Shown: positions 26,540 to 39,245 of the stretch, in pieces | Layout of the letters: every line of letters begins with the position of its first letter | Numbering within the stretch: position 1 is the first letter of the stretch | Source of the DNA: Octopus sinensis | Taxonomy: Eukaryota | NCBI RefSeq assembly: GCF_006345805.1 | Contig: NW_021824655.1 | Location: 1-61,706 of the forward strand | Length of the DNA: 61,706 bases | Direction: 5' to 3' | The notes under the pieces: model-generated | What the model was told of the DNA's origin: nothing | What the model saw: the letters and a program-made list of their open reading frames with translations, nothing else | The model's database searches: none | Program-made: the position numbers and the translations under genes

Positions 26540-27992
26540 TTCACCCAGCTCCATAGTAATAACGATGACAACGACGACGATGATGATGGTTGTTGTTGGT
26601 TTGTTGTTGTTGTTATAGTGGTGTTGGTAGTGGTGGTGGTGGCAGCGGCGGCGGCGGCGGAAATGATGTTGGTGGTGGGGGTGATGGTGGCGGAAGTGAT
26701 GATGATCGTGGTGGGAGTGATGACGACAACGATGAAGATGATGGCGACGACAACGACGACGACGATGACGACGACGACGACGATGATGATGATGATGATA
26801 GTGATAGCGATGACGATGATGTCGATGATAGGGGTACCCGCGGTGGTGGTGTAAGTGAAAAATGAAGATGATGATGATTACGAAATGATGAAGACGATGC
26901 TGTAACTCCTACTGCTGCTTCTGCTACTGCTGTTGCTGCTGCTAATGATGCTGATGCTGATGATATTGATGATGATGGTGATGAAGATGACCATGATCAT
27001 GATCATCACCATCATCATCATAGCAGGGACAATAATTCTTCTTCTGGAACTACTGCTACTGATGATGATAATGATGATGAATATCGTGGCGGAGATGCTG
27101 CTACTGCTGAAGATGATGATGATGATGATGATGGATGGATGGGAACAATAAGAACAATAAGCAATGACTTTAAAAAATTGGACTGATGAACCCCTAAAAT
27201 AGGGGTTAACGAAAATATAGTTCCTTGTTAAGGGGACAAGGTTTTATAGCGGAGCAGATGGCGCTGCTAGCATGTGATGCTGGCTTGATTAGCTACACTC
27301 AATGGATATCTCTGACAGTAATGGTGCTTAGTGGCATAGGGGGTGGTGAAGGGTCGTGGAAGGAGTGGGGAGTGTAGTGGTGGCAGTGGCGCTGGTGGGG
27401 ATAGTGGTGGTTATGATGATGTTGGTGGTGGTAGTGATAATAGTGGTGGAGGAAGTTGTGGTAGTTGTTGTAGTGGTGGCCTGTGGAGGAGATGGTGGTG
27501 GCATTGCAAGATAGTGGTGGTGTAGTATGTTAGAATGGTGGCGGTAGTGGTAACGCCGGCGGTGGTGGTAATGGTGGTAGTGGTGTTTGTGATGGTAAAG
27601 TTATTGGTATTGGCGGTGGTAGTGGTGGTGGTGGTGCTGGTTTTGATTGAGGTGTTGGAGTTGGTGGTGGTGGTTGTGGTAGTGATGGTGGTGGTAGTTT
27701 TGATTGTGGTGTTGTGGCAACATGGTGATGGTGATGTCGTAGTAGTAGTAGTAGTAGTAGTAGTTCGAGGAGGTGGTGGTGGTGGTAGTGGCAAGGTAGT
27801 AAGACGGTTGTGGTGATGGCGGTGGTGGTTGTTATGGTGGTGATTGCGATGTCGGTGGTGGTGATGGCAATGGTAATGATTGTTGTGGTTGTGGTGGTGG
27901 CGTTAGCAGTGTGTACGTTTAGTGATGTTGGTGGTGGATGCGATGGCGGTGATGTTTTTTGGTGGTTGTAGGGGTGGTAACGGTGGTGATAG

Positions 27993-28024
<32 letters not shown>

Positions 28025-28409
28025 GCGGTGGCGGTGGCGGTGGTTATTTTGGTTGTGAAGTCGATGAGAAATAATGGCGGGAGTTCTGCTGCTGCTGCTG
28101 TTGCTGTTGTGGTTGTTGTTGTTGTGGTAATGGCATTTATGGTGGTGTGGTGGAGAACTGTTACCGATATTGTTTCATTAAAATTGCATCCTACGTATTT
28201 TCTCCATTCCCTCAACCACCACCACCACCACCACCACCACTACCACCACCACCACCACCACCACTACCACCACCATCATCATCATCATCTCATCATCATC
28301 ATCATCATCATCATCATTATCATCGTCATCGTCATCGTCATCGTCATCATCATCATCATCAACATCATCATCATCATCATCATCGTCATCGCCATCGTCA
28401 TCGTCATCG

Positions 28410-28441
<32 letters not shown>

Positions 28442-28720
28442 GACAACAACAACTACAATAACGTCATCATCATGGTTATCGTCGACAGCAAAGTCATCAT
28501 CATCATCAGCAGCAGCAGCAGCCGCAGCAGCGACATTATCACTGGCATCTTCATCGTCATCACCTGCCCAAACCGCCACCATCATCATCATCATCAGCAG
28601 CAGCAGCATCGCATTTACCATCACCGTAATCACCATGAACGCCACCACATCCGACATCATCACGATCTCTATTATCATGAGAACTACTCCTACTATCTCC
28701 CCCCTTCCAATGAAACCCAT
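26540..28720. repeat. Large cryptically simple triplet region: GAT/GGT/GTT-rich to ~28170, then CAT/CAC-rich
   Basis: Direct reading of triplet composition; yields poly-V/M/D/H/I ORFs in many frames. Confidence 0.85.
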
Positions 28721-29266
28721 GCGTGTGAAACTTCAACTTACCATCAAATTTACCCTTGCCACTTCCGAATTCGCTCTAGTATGCGTGTGTGTATGAGTAT
28801 ATGTGTGTGTGTGTGTGTGTGTGTATGCAGTAATCCTTTGACTATCGCGGGTATTACGTTCCAGCACCCACCCGCGATAGTTGAAAGTCCGCGAAGTAGA
28901 AACTACTGTACTGTATATATTTTTTTTACTATTTTTATATTTTGTATGTATTTATCTTATTATAAATGCAAAACACACAACGGCGGAATCCACGTAAGCT
29001 TAAATAATAAACCGCGATAGGCGCACTGCGAGCAACAACCTTTTCCGAATACCGCTTTTCTCAAGTGTCCTGAAGAAGGGCTCTTCACCCCAAAATATAG
29101 AAATACGAAGTAAAACTACACCTATGTTCTGCTTCCTTTTCCTTTTCTACTTAACATTGTACCTTCTCGAATTGTTCAGTCTTTACACAACTACATTCTT
29201 TCAAGTTATACCTCACAATGCTTCACAAAACATACCTCGTTATATATATATATATATATATATATA

Positions 29267-30095
29267 CTCAAATAACCTTTGCATTTGATTTTTTAATGTC
29301 TCTACCCTCATACTTTCTTGAGTTGAATTGAGCAAACACTATATGAGAGAGGTTTTCTTTAAGTGTTAGAAATAGTTTTTTTAGCTGCTATTTCTAACGA
29401 GTTCAGTATGCGGCAAAGTAATTTATTTTACTAAGCCCTTTTATATAATGTAATAATTTGAATTTGCCTTAAATGGTCCCTTTGCATACTGAATACTTGG
29501 TGAAATTGATTAATTAATAATTAATTTTACCCTCAATTGTTGAATTGTTAAATTATAATTCATCTCTCTTACTTAATTGTCTCGGATTTTACCGAAAAAA
29601 GCATAGTGTTTGCTGATTTTAACCCACGCTGGTGGAAAGGGAGAGCAGAAAGAATTTTTCTCTTGCATATTTGAGTTGTTGGCACTGTTAGTTTGGAACA
29701 GATCTTCAGAAGCGATAACAAGCCGAAAGGGTATGCTCCCATTTTCAGTGTTTTCAAATTCAAACAAGGGCATTCTGAGCTGATGAGAGAAGGGTCGATT
29801 TTGGCTAATCTTGAAACGTACGTACTCAAATAACCTTTGCATTTGATTTTTAATGTCTCTACCCTCATACTTTCTTGAGTGAATTGAGCAAACACTATGA
29901 GAGAGGTTTTCTTTAAGTGTTAGAAATAGTTTTTTTAGCTGCTATTCTAACGAGTCAGTATGCGGCAAAGTAATTTATTTTACTAAGCCCTTTTATAATG
30001 TAATAATTTGAATTTGCCTTAAATGGTCCCTTTGCATACTGAATACTTGGTGAAATTGATTAATTAATAATTAATTTTACCCTCAATGTTGAAAT
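29267..30095 (+). mobile_element. Non-coding hammerhead-bearing element: 558-nt unit repeated ~1.5x (direct repeats 29267-29545 and 29825-30095), inserted in (TA)n
   Basis: Near-identical direct repeats both start ctcaaataacctttgc; (TA)n on both sides; hammerhead at the unit junction. Confidence 0.8.
29772..29831 (+). ncRNA. Type I hammerhead ribozyme with canonical core
   Basis: Stem I ATT(C)TGAG/CTCAAAT; core CTGATGA 29780-29786; stem II GAGA...TCTT with inner GGTCGA/TTGGCT; GAAA 29813-29816; palindromic stem III ACGTACGT; predicted cleavage after GTA at 29824. Confidence 0.8.
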
Positions 30096-30119
30096 TATAT
30101 ATATATATATATATTATAC

Positions 30120-30727
<608 letters not shown>

Positions 30728-30729
<2 letters not shown>

Positions 30730-31107
30730 TTTTATTTGTTTCAGTTATTTGACTGCGGTCATGCTGGATCACCGCCTTTAGTCGAACAGATCGACACCAG
30801 GACTTGTTCTTTGTAAGCCGACTACTAATTGTATCGGTCTCTTTTTTGTCGAACCGCTAAGTTACGGAGACTTAAATACACCAATATCGGTTGTCAAGCG
30901 ATGGTGAGCGGGGTGACAAATACAGACAGACAGACAGAAACACAGACAGACAGACACACACACACGCACACAAACACACACACATATATACGATGGGCTT
31001 CTTTCAGTTTCCGTCTACTGAGTCCACTGACAAGACTTTGGACGACTCGAGGCTACAGTAGAAGACGCTTTTCGAAAGTGCCACACAGTGGGACTGAACC
31101 CGGAACT
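30728..31107 (-). mobile_element. SINE family A, tail-to-tail with the 30281 copy
   Basis: Reverse complement matches family A body and tail. Confidence 0.85.
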
Positions 31108-31631
31108 ACGCCTCCCTCTATATATTATGTTTAAAATTAATGGTTACACTGGAGGCTTTAGAATGTAGTATCCAAACCTTGTTTTTGATATACCCCTAGT
31201 AGTGTGCCTTCAGAGCACGTTCATCACATACGGCTATTAGGCGTCATCCGCAGTTTGCCGTAGGAATTACATAAGGAATTCATCGGTTTATGTTGAGCAT
31301 ATTTTAGATGACTGGTTGAGAAGACAAAGAGTACTGTAAGCTTTATTTAGTACGACGATCCTCTCGGCTTACATCTGCACTGCCCCTTAGTGGGTAGGGA
31401 ATGATATAAGAGAACGGAATGCACCCCACAGTGCAGAAGACATAGACTTGTGAATTACTATCACCGCACGTATATTATCAACAACATCCTGCCACACACA
31501 GTAGGGATATGTAGATATAACACTGTAGCTTATTATGTAACCTGATGAGTTGTCTTCTGCATTCGATTCCCATTATACTATCGTACTAAATAAAGCTTAA
31601 AATACACGGTGTCCTCCATGTCAATCATTTA

Positions 31632-31670
<39 letters not shown>

Positions 31671-31683
31671 AGTGTGTGTGTGT

Positions 31684-31989
31684 GTGGAGGTGCAATGGCC
31701 CAGTGGTTAGAACAGCGGACTCCCGGTCGTAGGATCACGGTTTCGATTCCCATACCGGGCGCTGTGAGTGTTTATTGAGCAAAAACATCTAAAGCTCCAC
31801 GAGACTCCAGTAGGAGGTGGTGGCGATCCCTGCTGTACTCTTTCGCCAAAACTTTCTCTCTTTCTTCTGTTGGCCTGCTCGCTTAGCCAGCGGAGTGGCA
31901 TCATTTGAAGGCTAAAACAATGCGAACGCATTGTGACCAGCGATGTGTAGCAACATCTGATAGCATGGTCGGTCACGTGATCACGTGAT
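31684..31989 (+). mobile_element. tRNA-derived SINE, family C
   Basis: Head ggtgcaatggcccagtggttagaacagcggactcccggtcgtaggatcacggtttcgattccc with A-box TGGCCCAGTGG and B-box GTTTCGATTCC; same head at 59116 (-). Confidence 0.85.
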
Positions 31990-32117
31990 ATATATATATA
32001 TATATATACACACACAAATATTTATATATAAATATATACATATGAATGTATAGTGTGTGTATGAGTGTGTGTGAGTCTCTGTATACATATACATACATGC
32101 GCATACACACATATTTA

Positions 32118-32159
<42 letters not shown>

Positions 32160-32372
32160 TATATATTATATATATATATATATCAGCCGAAATTGCGAAG
32201 ATGATCTGGTTCTTGACCGATGACTGAGAGCTTCGAAAGTCCCGTCTGTGTGTTTTTTGTCGTCTTCAAAATGTTTCACGTTCTTGTCCCAGTTTGTGTT
32301 TTTTTAACGTTTACATATTATATATATATAGATATAATATATGCACATATATTGAATATATAGTGGCAAGAA

Positions 32373-32417
<45 letters not shown>

Positions 32418-32420
<3 letters not shown>

Positions 32421-32700
32421 GGGAGAATGCACAAAGAAAACAAAAGACGAAGACAGGTGGTATAGACAACAAACAGATGTATTAGTATAACGCTCGGGAA
32501 GTGAAAAAGTCTTTAACGTTTCGAACCTACACTCTTCCACAGAACGGAACACAGAATGGAACAAGGAGAGAAAATAAAGAATGTGTAGTGGCTAGCGATC
32601 TGTCATGGCGAATGCCGGACAGAAGGGTCACACAGGAGGGCTAGGGAGAAGAGGAGATAATAAAGTAGTGGTGATCCCAAAACGAAGGTACGGGATATAT
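32418..32700 (-). mobile_element. Penelope-like 3' terminal remnant with a hammerhead-like motif at 32510-32547
   Basis: rc ctgtggaagagtgtaggttcgaaacgttaaagactttttcacttcccgagcg; upstream part resembles 48600-48750. Confidence 0.75.
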
Positions 32701-32838
32701 GTATAGAAAGAGAGAGGGAGAGAGAGAGAGAGAGAGAGAAAGAAAGAAAGAAAGAAAGAGAAAGTCTGTTTATGATTATAGAATTAAAGATAATGCTATA
32801 GCTACTTCGGAATAATCATTATATATATGTGCGTATAT

Positions 32839-32885
<47 letters not shown>

Positions 32886-32911
32886 AAGTACCTATGCAAT
32901 CTGTCCCTCTT

Positions 32912-32945
<34 letters not shown>

Positions 32946-33024
32946 TCTATCTATCTATCTATCTACCTATCATCTCTGTTTATCTATCTATCTATCTACA
33001 CATGCTCAGACGCTCGTACACATA

Positions 33025-33185
33025 CATTAAACCCCTATAGACAACCGGGTATACTTTAATGAATATTTACCCTAAAGAGATAGAGAGAGAGACACACACA
33101 CATACACACACATATATATATATATATACGTATCTCAACATCGATATCTATATATATATATATACATACTTATATAAAATAGTCG

Positions 33186-33216
<31 letters not shown>

Positions 33217-33352
33217 GTGTGTGTGTGTGTGTGCTGTTGACGAACACAGTACAGGCCTAGAGTATAGCTGTAAATTTGAGCTCATCCACTGTCCAGTTAC
33301 TCAGCTGTTTCCCGGGTGCATGCCGTAGAAACTCCTACTGGACAGTATGTAT

Positions 33353-33427
<75 letters not shown>

Positions 33428-34207
33428 TATATATGTGTGTGTATTTATATATATATGTATGTATGTGCGCGCACTTACACACATACACATAGACATACAT
33501 AGACACATAAACATTCAGATACTTACTCACACACATTCACACACTCACACACACACATATCTATATAGGTATGTATATATGTATACTTGTGTGTATATAT
33601 ATATGTATACATTTTAATACGCACAAATACCTTTGTAGCAATTAATGTTACATAAACAAGACACTCAGAAATGAATGTGTGTGTACGCATGTATATATGC
33701 GCGTGTGCGTGAATGTGTATGTGCGTTCGCATGGAAGTGTACACACAGATGTATGTATATGTTTGTATGTGTTTATGTATGTATATCATGCTCCACTACA
33801 CATTAACACGACACACATATTTTACGGTTCTACACTCGGCACCCTCCTCCCTTCTATATACACACATCATCTAATTCTCTTTAGATCGTCGCACCCTCGT
33901 ACACCCCGCCCAGCCACAACACCTATTGACTAGCACATTCGTCCCCTCCTCCACCCTTCCGCCTCGTCCACTCTCCTATATCGACTCCCCCGTCTCCTTT
34001 CCTGAAAAGTAACGTTTGTACCCTAATGATGTCTTAATACAAAGGGAGAGAGGTGGAACCAGTTTGGAGGAGACGCACCCAAACTTTACCTCTCCCTCCT
34101 CATCCCGCAACTCTATTCCTACCCCCCACTTCTCACCTCCACCTTTGCTATCCCTTTTAGGGTAAATATTCACTAAAGGACACCCGGTTGTCTATAGGGG
34201 TTTAATG
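33025..34207. mobile_element. Putative non-autonomous DNA transposon with ~58-bp terminal inverted repeats
   Basis: 33025 cattaaacccctatagacaaccgggtatactttaatgaatatttaccctaaagagatag versus rc of 34148-34207 cattaaacccctatagacaaccgggtgtcctttagtgaatatttaccctaaaagggatag. Confidence 0.65.
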
Positions 34208-34235
34208 GAATAAAGTAATGGCTGAGAAGGTAATG

Positions 34236-34440
34236 GCGGGGAACTGCTAGTAAAATTGTTAGAGCGCCGAACAAAATGTTTGCGGCGTTACTTCTCGCTC
34301 TTTACGTTCTGAGTTCAAATCCTGCCGAAGCCACCTTTATATTTTATACTTTTGGAATCGATAAAAAAGGTACCAGCTAAGTAATGAAGTCGAATTAATC
34401 GATAGGCCCCCCCCCCTCCCCTCAAATACCAGGTCTTGTC
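34236..34440 (+). mobile_element. Diverged SINE family B
   Basis: atggcggggaactgctagtaaaattgttagagcgccg...ttctgagttcaaatcctgccgaag...aggtaccag. Confidence 0.7.
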
Positions 34441-35339
34441 TATTTTCATGGAAAGAATATTATTTTGTGGCTATATAGGTAATGTATACGTGGGTACGTT
34501 GCATGTATGTATGTATGTATGTATGTATGTATGTATGTATGTATGTATGTATGTACGTACGTATATATGTATGTATGTATGTATGTATTATGTACGTGCG
34601 TACGTACGTATGTATGTGTGTATATATGTATGTGTGTATGTATGCGTGTATGTATGAAAGTACGTACGTATGTACGTATGTGTGTGTGCGTGCGTATGTG
34701 TGTGTGTGTATGAGTGGGTGCGTTTCTTTAGTATCCTACTGTGGTTATATAGAAACAAATATCGTTCTGTAAAGGTGCGTGTTTTCCCCTGGACATTCAG
34801 GTCTGATTAGGTCCAGCCTTGACCAATACGCACGTCTCTGTACATCTACAACCATTTATTTAATTTATTCTTCGAACAGACTGAGTTACTCTTCGTGTGT
34901 GAAATGTTACTGCTATTTCTAGCAAATTGAACGAATGCGCAAACTGTCCCTGATTGGCTCGTATAGAGATATGTAAATGGCAGTGGTGTGTGTGTGTGAA
35001 AGAGTTAGAGAGAGAGAGAAATGAGGGACAGTAGAGAAGGAAGAAAGACAGAGAGAGCAAGGAGAGAGGTAGAGAAACGAGAAAGAGGAACGTGTTTTCA
35101 TAGTCGTGATGGAGTTGGTTTTTTTAACTGTGGTGGAGGCTGTGCTCCTTTTTCTGTGCGTATATGTGTTTAAGTATGTGTTCGTGTGTGTGTGTTTGTA
35201 TGTATTTGTGTGTGAAAGTGTGTGTGTGAACGTGCACTTGTGTAATTACAAATGAGTATGTATGTATGTATGAATGAATGCCTACACACATACACACACA
35301 TACATACATATGTATGTATGTATATGTATGTATATAATC

Positions 35340-35404
<65 letters not shown>

Positions 35405-35484
35405 AAGAGAGATAGCAAAATAGATATACAGATAGACAGACAGATATATATATATATATATATATACACAAATATATATATACC

Positions 35485-35540
<56 letters not shown>

Positions 35541-35563
35541 TATAGATAGATATAGATATAGAT

Positions 35564-35640
<77 letters not shown>

Positions 35641-36399
35641 CAGCTAGATAGTAACGCATGCACACACATATATATACATAGTGTGTGTGTATGTTTGTTG
35701 CCATTTTATACACACACACCTTGTTTCTATGCATGTGTGTGTTTTTGTGTGTGTGTGAGTGTGTGTGTATGTGTGTGTGTGTGTGTGAGTATGTGTGTGT
35801 GTATGTGTGTGTTTCTGACACGAGAGCCTTGTATTTCCGCGTCATTGGCTGGTATTAATTGTTCCCATTGTTTCCCCCGTACAAAATATGTACTCTACGA
35901 GTCCATCCACGTCGCTGCTTTGCTTTCGATCCGAATGTGTGGAAGTCCATTGTATCTGTTCAACGTTGACATGCTAAAGGCGTGCCTTGTGTTTACTGTT
36001 TCTCCCACCCACCCCCTTAATAACCAACCTTCCCTTCTCATTCACACTATACGCATTATGCTCTCACAACTTCCGCCGATGCCGCGCTCTCTAGATCGCA
36101 GTTTCCTGCTTGAATTTCCACCATTACGGCATTTTAAGCTTACAGTGAAATGAATGACAACATTCCCACCTCTGTTGTATACACGGCGTGTTATATTTAT
36201 TGTTTGTATTTCCGCCATTGTTACAAAACCTGAATGTGGACTCTAGTATGATTTATATTTCCGACGATGTTCTTCTCTCAGAATACGTCGTTTATTGTCA
36301 CTTCCGCAATTGTTACATACTTCTACGAACCAAACAGGAGGCTTTAACAATAAAGTCGCACGATTTGCTAAATAAAGCAGCTAAATCTCTCTAAAATGA

Positions 36400-36565
36400 G
36401 ACAAGGCGTGACTGTGTAGTAAGGAGCTTGCTTCCTGAACTACATGGTTCCAGGTTCAGTCCCACTGCGTAACACCTTGGGCTACTGCCTTGTACTATAG
36501 CACTGGGCCGACCGAAGACTTTTGCGTGGAGTTGATAGAAGGAAACTAAGAGAAGCACGCCGTAC
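36400..36565 (+). mobile_element. SINE family A 5' half
   Basis: aggcgtgactgtgtagtaagg...ggttcagtcccactgcg...gggccgaccgaag...ggaaactaagagaagc. Confidence 0.75.
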
Positions 36566-36602
36566 ATATATATATATATATATATAAATATATATTTATA
36601 CG

Positions 36603-36663
<61 letters not shown>

Positions 36664-36717
36664 AATATATATTTATACATACATACTTATATATATATAT
36701 ATATTTATACATACATA

Positions 36718-36765
<48 letters not shown>

Positions 36766-36926
36766 TATCGCCATACTAATATGGCATTCTTATAAAAATA
36801 AGAAAAAGCTGTCCGCTTATTAGCTCCATGAGGCCATCGCCTTAAGTTAGCTATTTTGATACACAAACTGTATCCATATAACCTTCGAACAAGGGAGGTC
36901 AGTCGCTCGACACTACTTGACCGGCA

Positions 36927-36968
36927 GCTACAGACGCGTTTCGGGGTATTGCCCCTTTTCAATGCAGC
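36927..36968 (-). ncRNA. Second, identical copy of the U3-A8 hammerhead on the opposite strand
   Basis: gctacagacgcgtttcggggtattgccccttttcaatgcagc is the exact reverse complement of 37420-37461. Confidence 0.8.
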
Positions 36969-37419
36969 GTAGCCAGCCAGTAGGTGTCGCTTCCGACAAT
37001 CTCTGTTCGATGGTTTTATTTACCTAGTTTCGGTGGAATACATCCACTTGTTTTCAATAATAGAAATATTAAAATAACTAAGTCTCTCTAAAAGAGAACA
37101 GCGGCAGCGTTCCCGGAAAATAATAGTTATCGCCATATCGAAGGTTATATGGATACAGTTTGTGTATCAAATAGCTAACTTAAGGCGATGGCCTCATGGA
37201 GCTAATAAGCGGACAGCTTTTTTCTTATTTTTATAAGAATGCCATATTAGTATGGCGATAACTATTATTTTCGGGGAACGCTGCCGCTGTTCTCTTTTAG
37301 AGAGACTTAGTTATTTTAATATTTCTATTATTGAAAACAAGTGGATGTATTCCACCGAAACTAGGTAAATAAAACCATCGAACAGAGATTGTCGGAAGCG
37401 ACACCTACTGGCTGGCTAC

Positions 37420-37461
37420 GCTGCATTGAAAAGGGGCAATACCCCGAAACGCGTCTGTAGC
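37420..37461 (+). ncRNA. Minimal type I hammerhead ribozyme with U3-A8 core variant
   Basis: Stem I GCTGCA/TGTAGC; core TTGAAAA (U3 U4 G5 A6 A7 A8 A9); stem II GGGG-caata-CCCC; GAAA; stem III AC-GC-GT; predicted cleavage GTC| after 37455. Confidence 0.8.
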
Positions 37462-37694
37462 TGCCGGTCAAGTAGTGTGGAGCGACTGACCTCCCTGTTC
37501 GAAGGTTATATGGATACAGTTTGTGTATCAAATATCTAACTTAAGGCGATGGCTCATGGAGCTAATAAGCGGACACTTTTTTCTTATTTTTATAAGAATG
37601 CCATATTAGTATGGCGATAACTATTATTTCCGGGAACGCTGCCGCTGTTCTCTTTTAGAGAGACTTAGTTATTTTAATATTTCTATTATATTAT

Positions 37695-37734
<40 letters not shown>

Positions 37735-38024
37735 AACTTATAAGCAAAGGCAAAGAAAAAACTTCTAATGCAAATATGCCGAAACTAGACACATCGTCCA
37801 TAACCATATAATTCATCACTATAAGCACGCGTTTCAGCATATTTAGCATTAGAATAAATCGTGGGGTCGATTTGTTCGCCTAAAGACAGTGCTCCAGCAT
37901 GGCCAGTGTCAAATGACAGGAACAAATAAAAGAATAAAGGATAATCTTAACATATGATATTCAGAATTTCAGTATCCTTTCAGACGCTGATGTCACAAAT
38001 AGCCAATAGACTTTTTGTAAGTTA

Positions 38025-38191
38025 GGCGCAGGCGTGAATGTGTGGTAACAAGCTTGTTTCCCAACCACATGGTTCCGGGTTCAGTCCCACTGTTGACTCC
38101 TCGGGCAAGTGTTTTCTACCATATCCTAGGGCCGACCAGAACTTCGAAGGCGGAAACTGAAAGAAGCCCGTCATGTATATATATATTATAT

Positions 38192-38247
<56 letters not shown>

Positions 38248-38492
38248 TTTGTGTGTGTCTGTGTTTGTCTCCTCACCGTTTCTTGACAACCGATATTGGT
38301 GTGTTTGCATCGCCGTAACATAGCCTTTTGGTAAATGAAACGGATAGAGTAAGTATTAAGCTTACGAAGAATAAGTCCTGGAGTCGATTTCTTCGACTAA
38401 AAAAAAGAGCCTTCAAAGCGGTTTTCCAGCAAGACTGCCATCAAATGAGTGAACAAAGTAAAAGAATAAAAGAATGAAAGAATGAAAGAATT
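38025..38492 (+). mobile_element. SINE family A
   Basis: ggcgcaggcgtgaatgtgtggtaac...ggttccgggttcagtcccactg...ggaaactgaaagaagcccgtc...(aaagaatg)n tail. Confidence 0.85.
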
Positions 38493-38911
38493 AGCCACGG
38501 AAGCAGTAATAATACCTATTTGAAAAGCCTACTGGCTATTTGCGATATGAACGTCAATAAAAGATGCTGAAATTCTATAAAATACAACGGATTTTACTCG
38601 CATGCTGAAAGTGGTGCCTGCAACTGATGAATTCCAGTAGAAGGAAATGACGCGATATGGGAATCCCACTGCCTATGATACAGGAATTTCGTCTGTTACA
38701 ATCTCTGTCTATGCTTTTATAGTTCAAGCGCTTATATGAGAGGATCTCTCAACGCTAATAATGCAGTATTCGGCGTTCTAAAGAGACATCCATGTTTAGT
38801 TGGATAGAAAGATTACTTTTTCATAGTCCCGGCATATCTGTATTTGTGTAAGTCTAATGCTCTAGACTTGGAGTGTGTATCTCTTTCGGATTTATGAGTT
38901 ACTGACGGTAT

Positions 38912-38956
<45 letters not shown>

Positions 38957-39212
38957 TACATACACACACATATATATATATACATATATCTTACATATAT
39001 ACATATATATGTATATATATGTATATATACATATATATGTATATCTTACATACATACATATATATGTATAAATATATATATGTATATATATATATATATA
39101 AGTATATATACATATATCTTCATAGATATATACACATGTATATCCATAGGTGAACAAACTTGCACAGAACCGTACATGTGTGTCTGTGTGTCTATATATA
39201 CGTATGCATATG

Positions 39213-39245
<33 letters not shown>

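Larger units (their letters stand above)
36765..37689. mobile_element. Non-coding hammerhead-bearing element: 361-nt unit, one inverted copy (36765-37137) plus ~1.5 tandem copies (37138-37689), in (TA)n
   Basis: tcgaaggttatatggatacag recurs at 37138 and 37499; 36765-37137 is its circularly permuted reverse complement; (TA)n on both flanks. Confidence 0.85.

Noticed and set aside
27959-29020. 353-aa ORF (poly-V/M/H/I)
   Set aside because: Triplet repeats lacking stop codons; no domain recognisable.
31688-31760. tRNA-like sequences at SINE heads (also 30281, 11903, 59040-59116)
   Set aside because: No complete cloverleaf, and they continue into SINE bodies; not tRNA genes.
32184-32330. CCGATGA...CGAAAGTC motif in a short TA-flanked element
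   Set aside because: May be a PLE-end relic, but I could not build stems I and II, so it is not called a hammerhead.
38608-38660. CTGATGA-ATTCC...GGAAAT
   Set aside because: No stem I partner or NUH site downstream.
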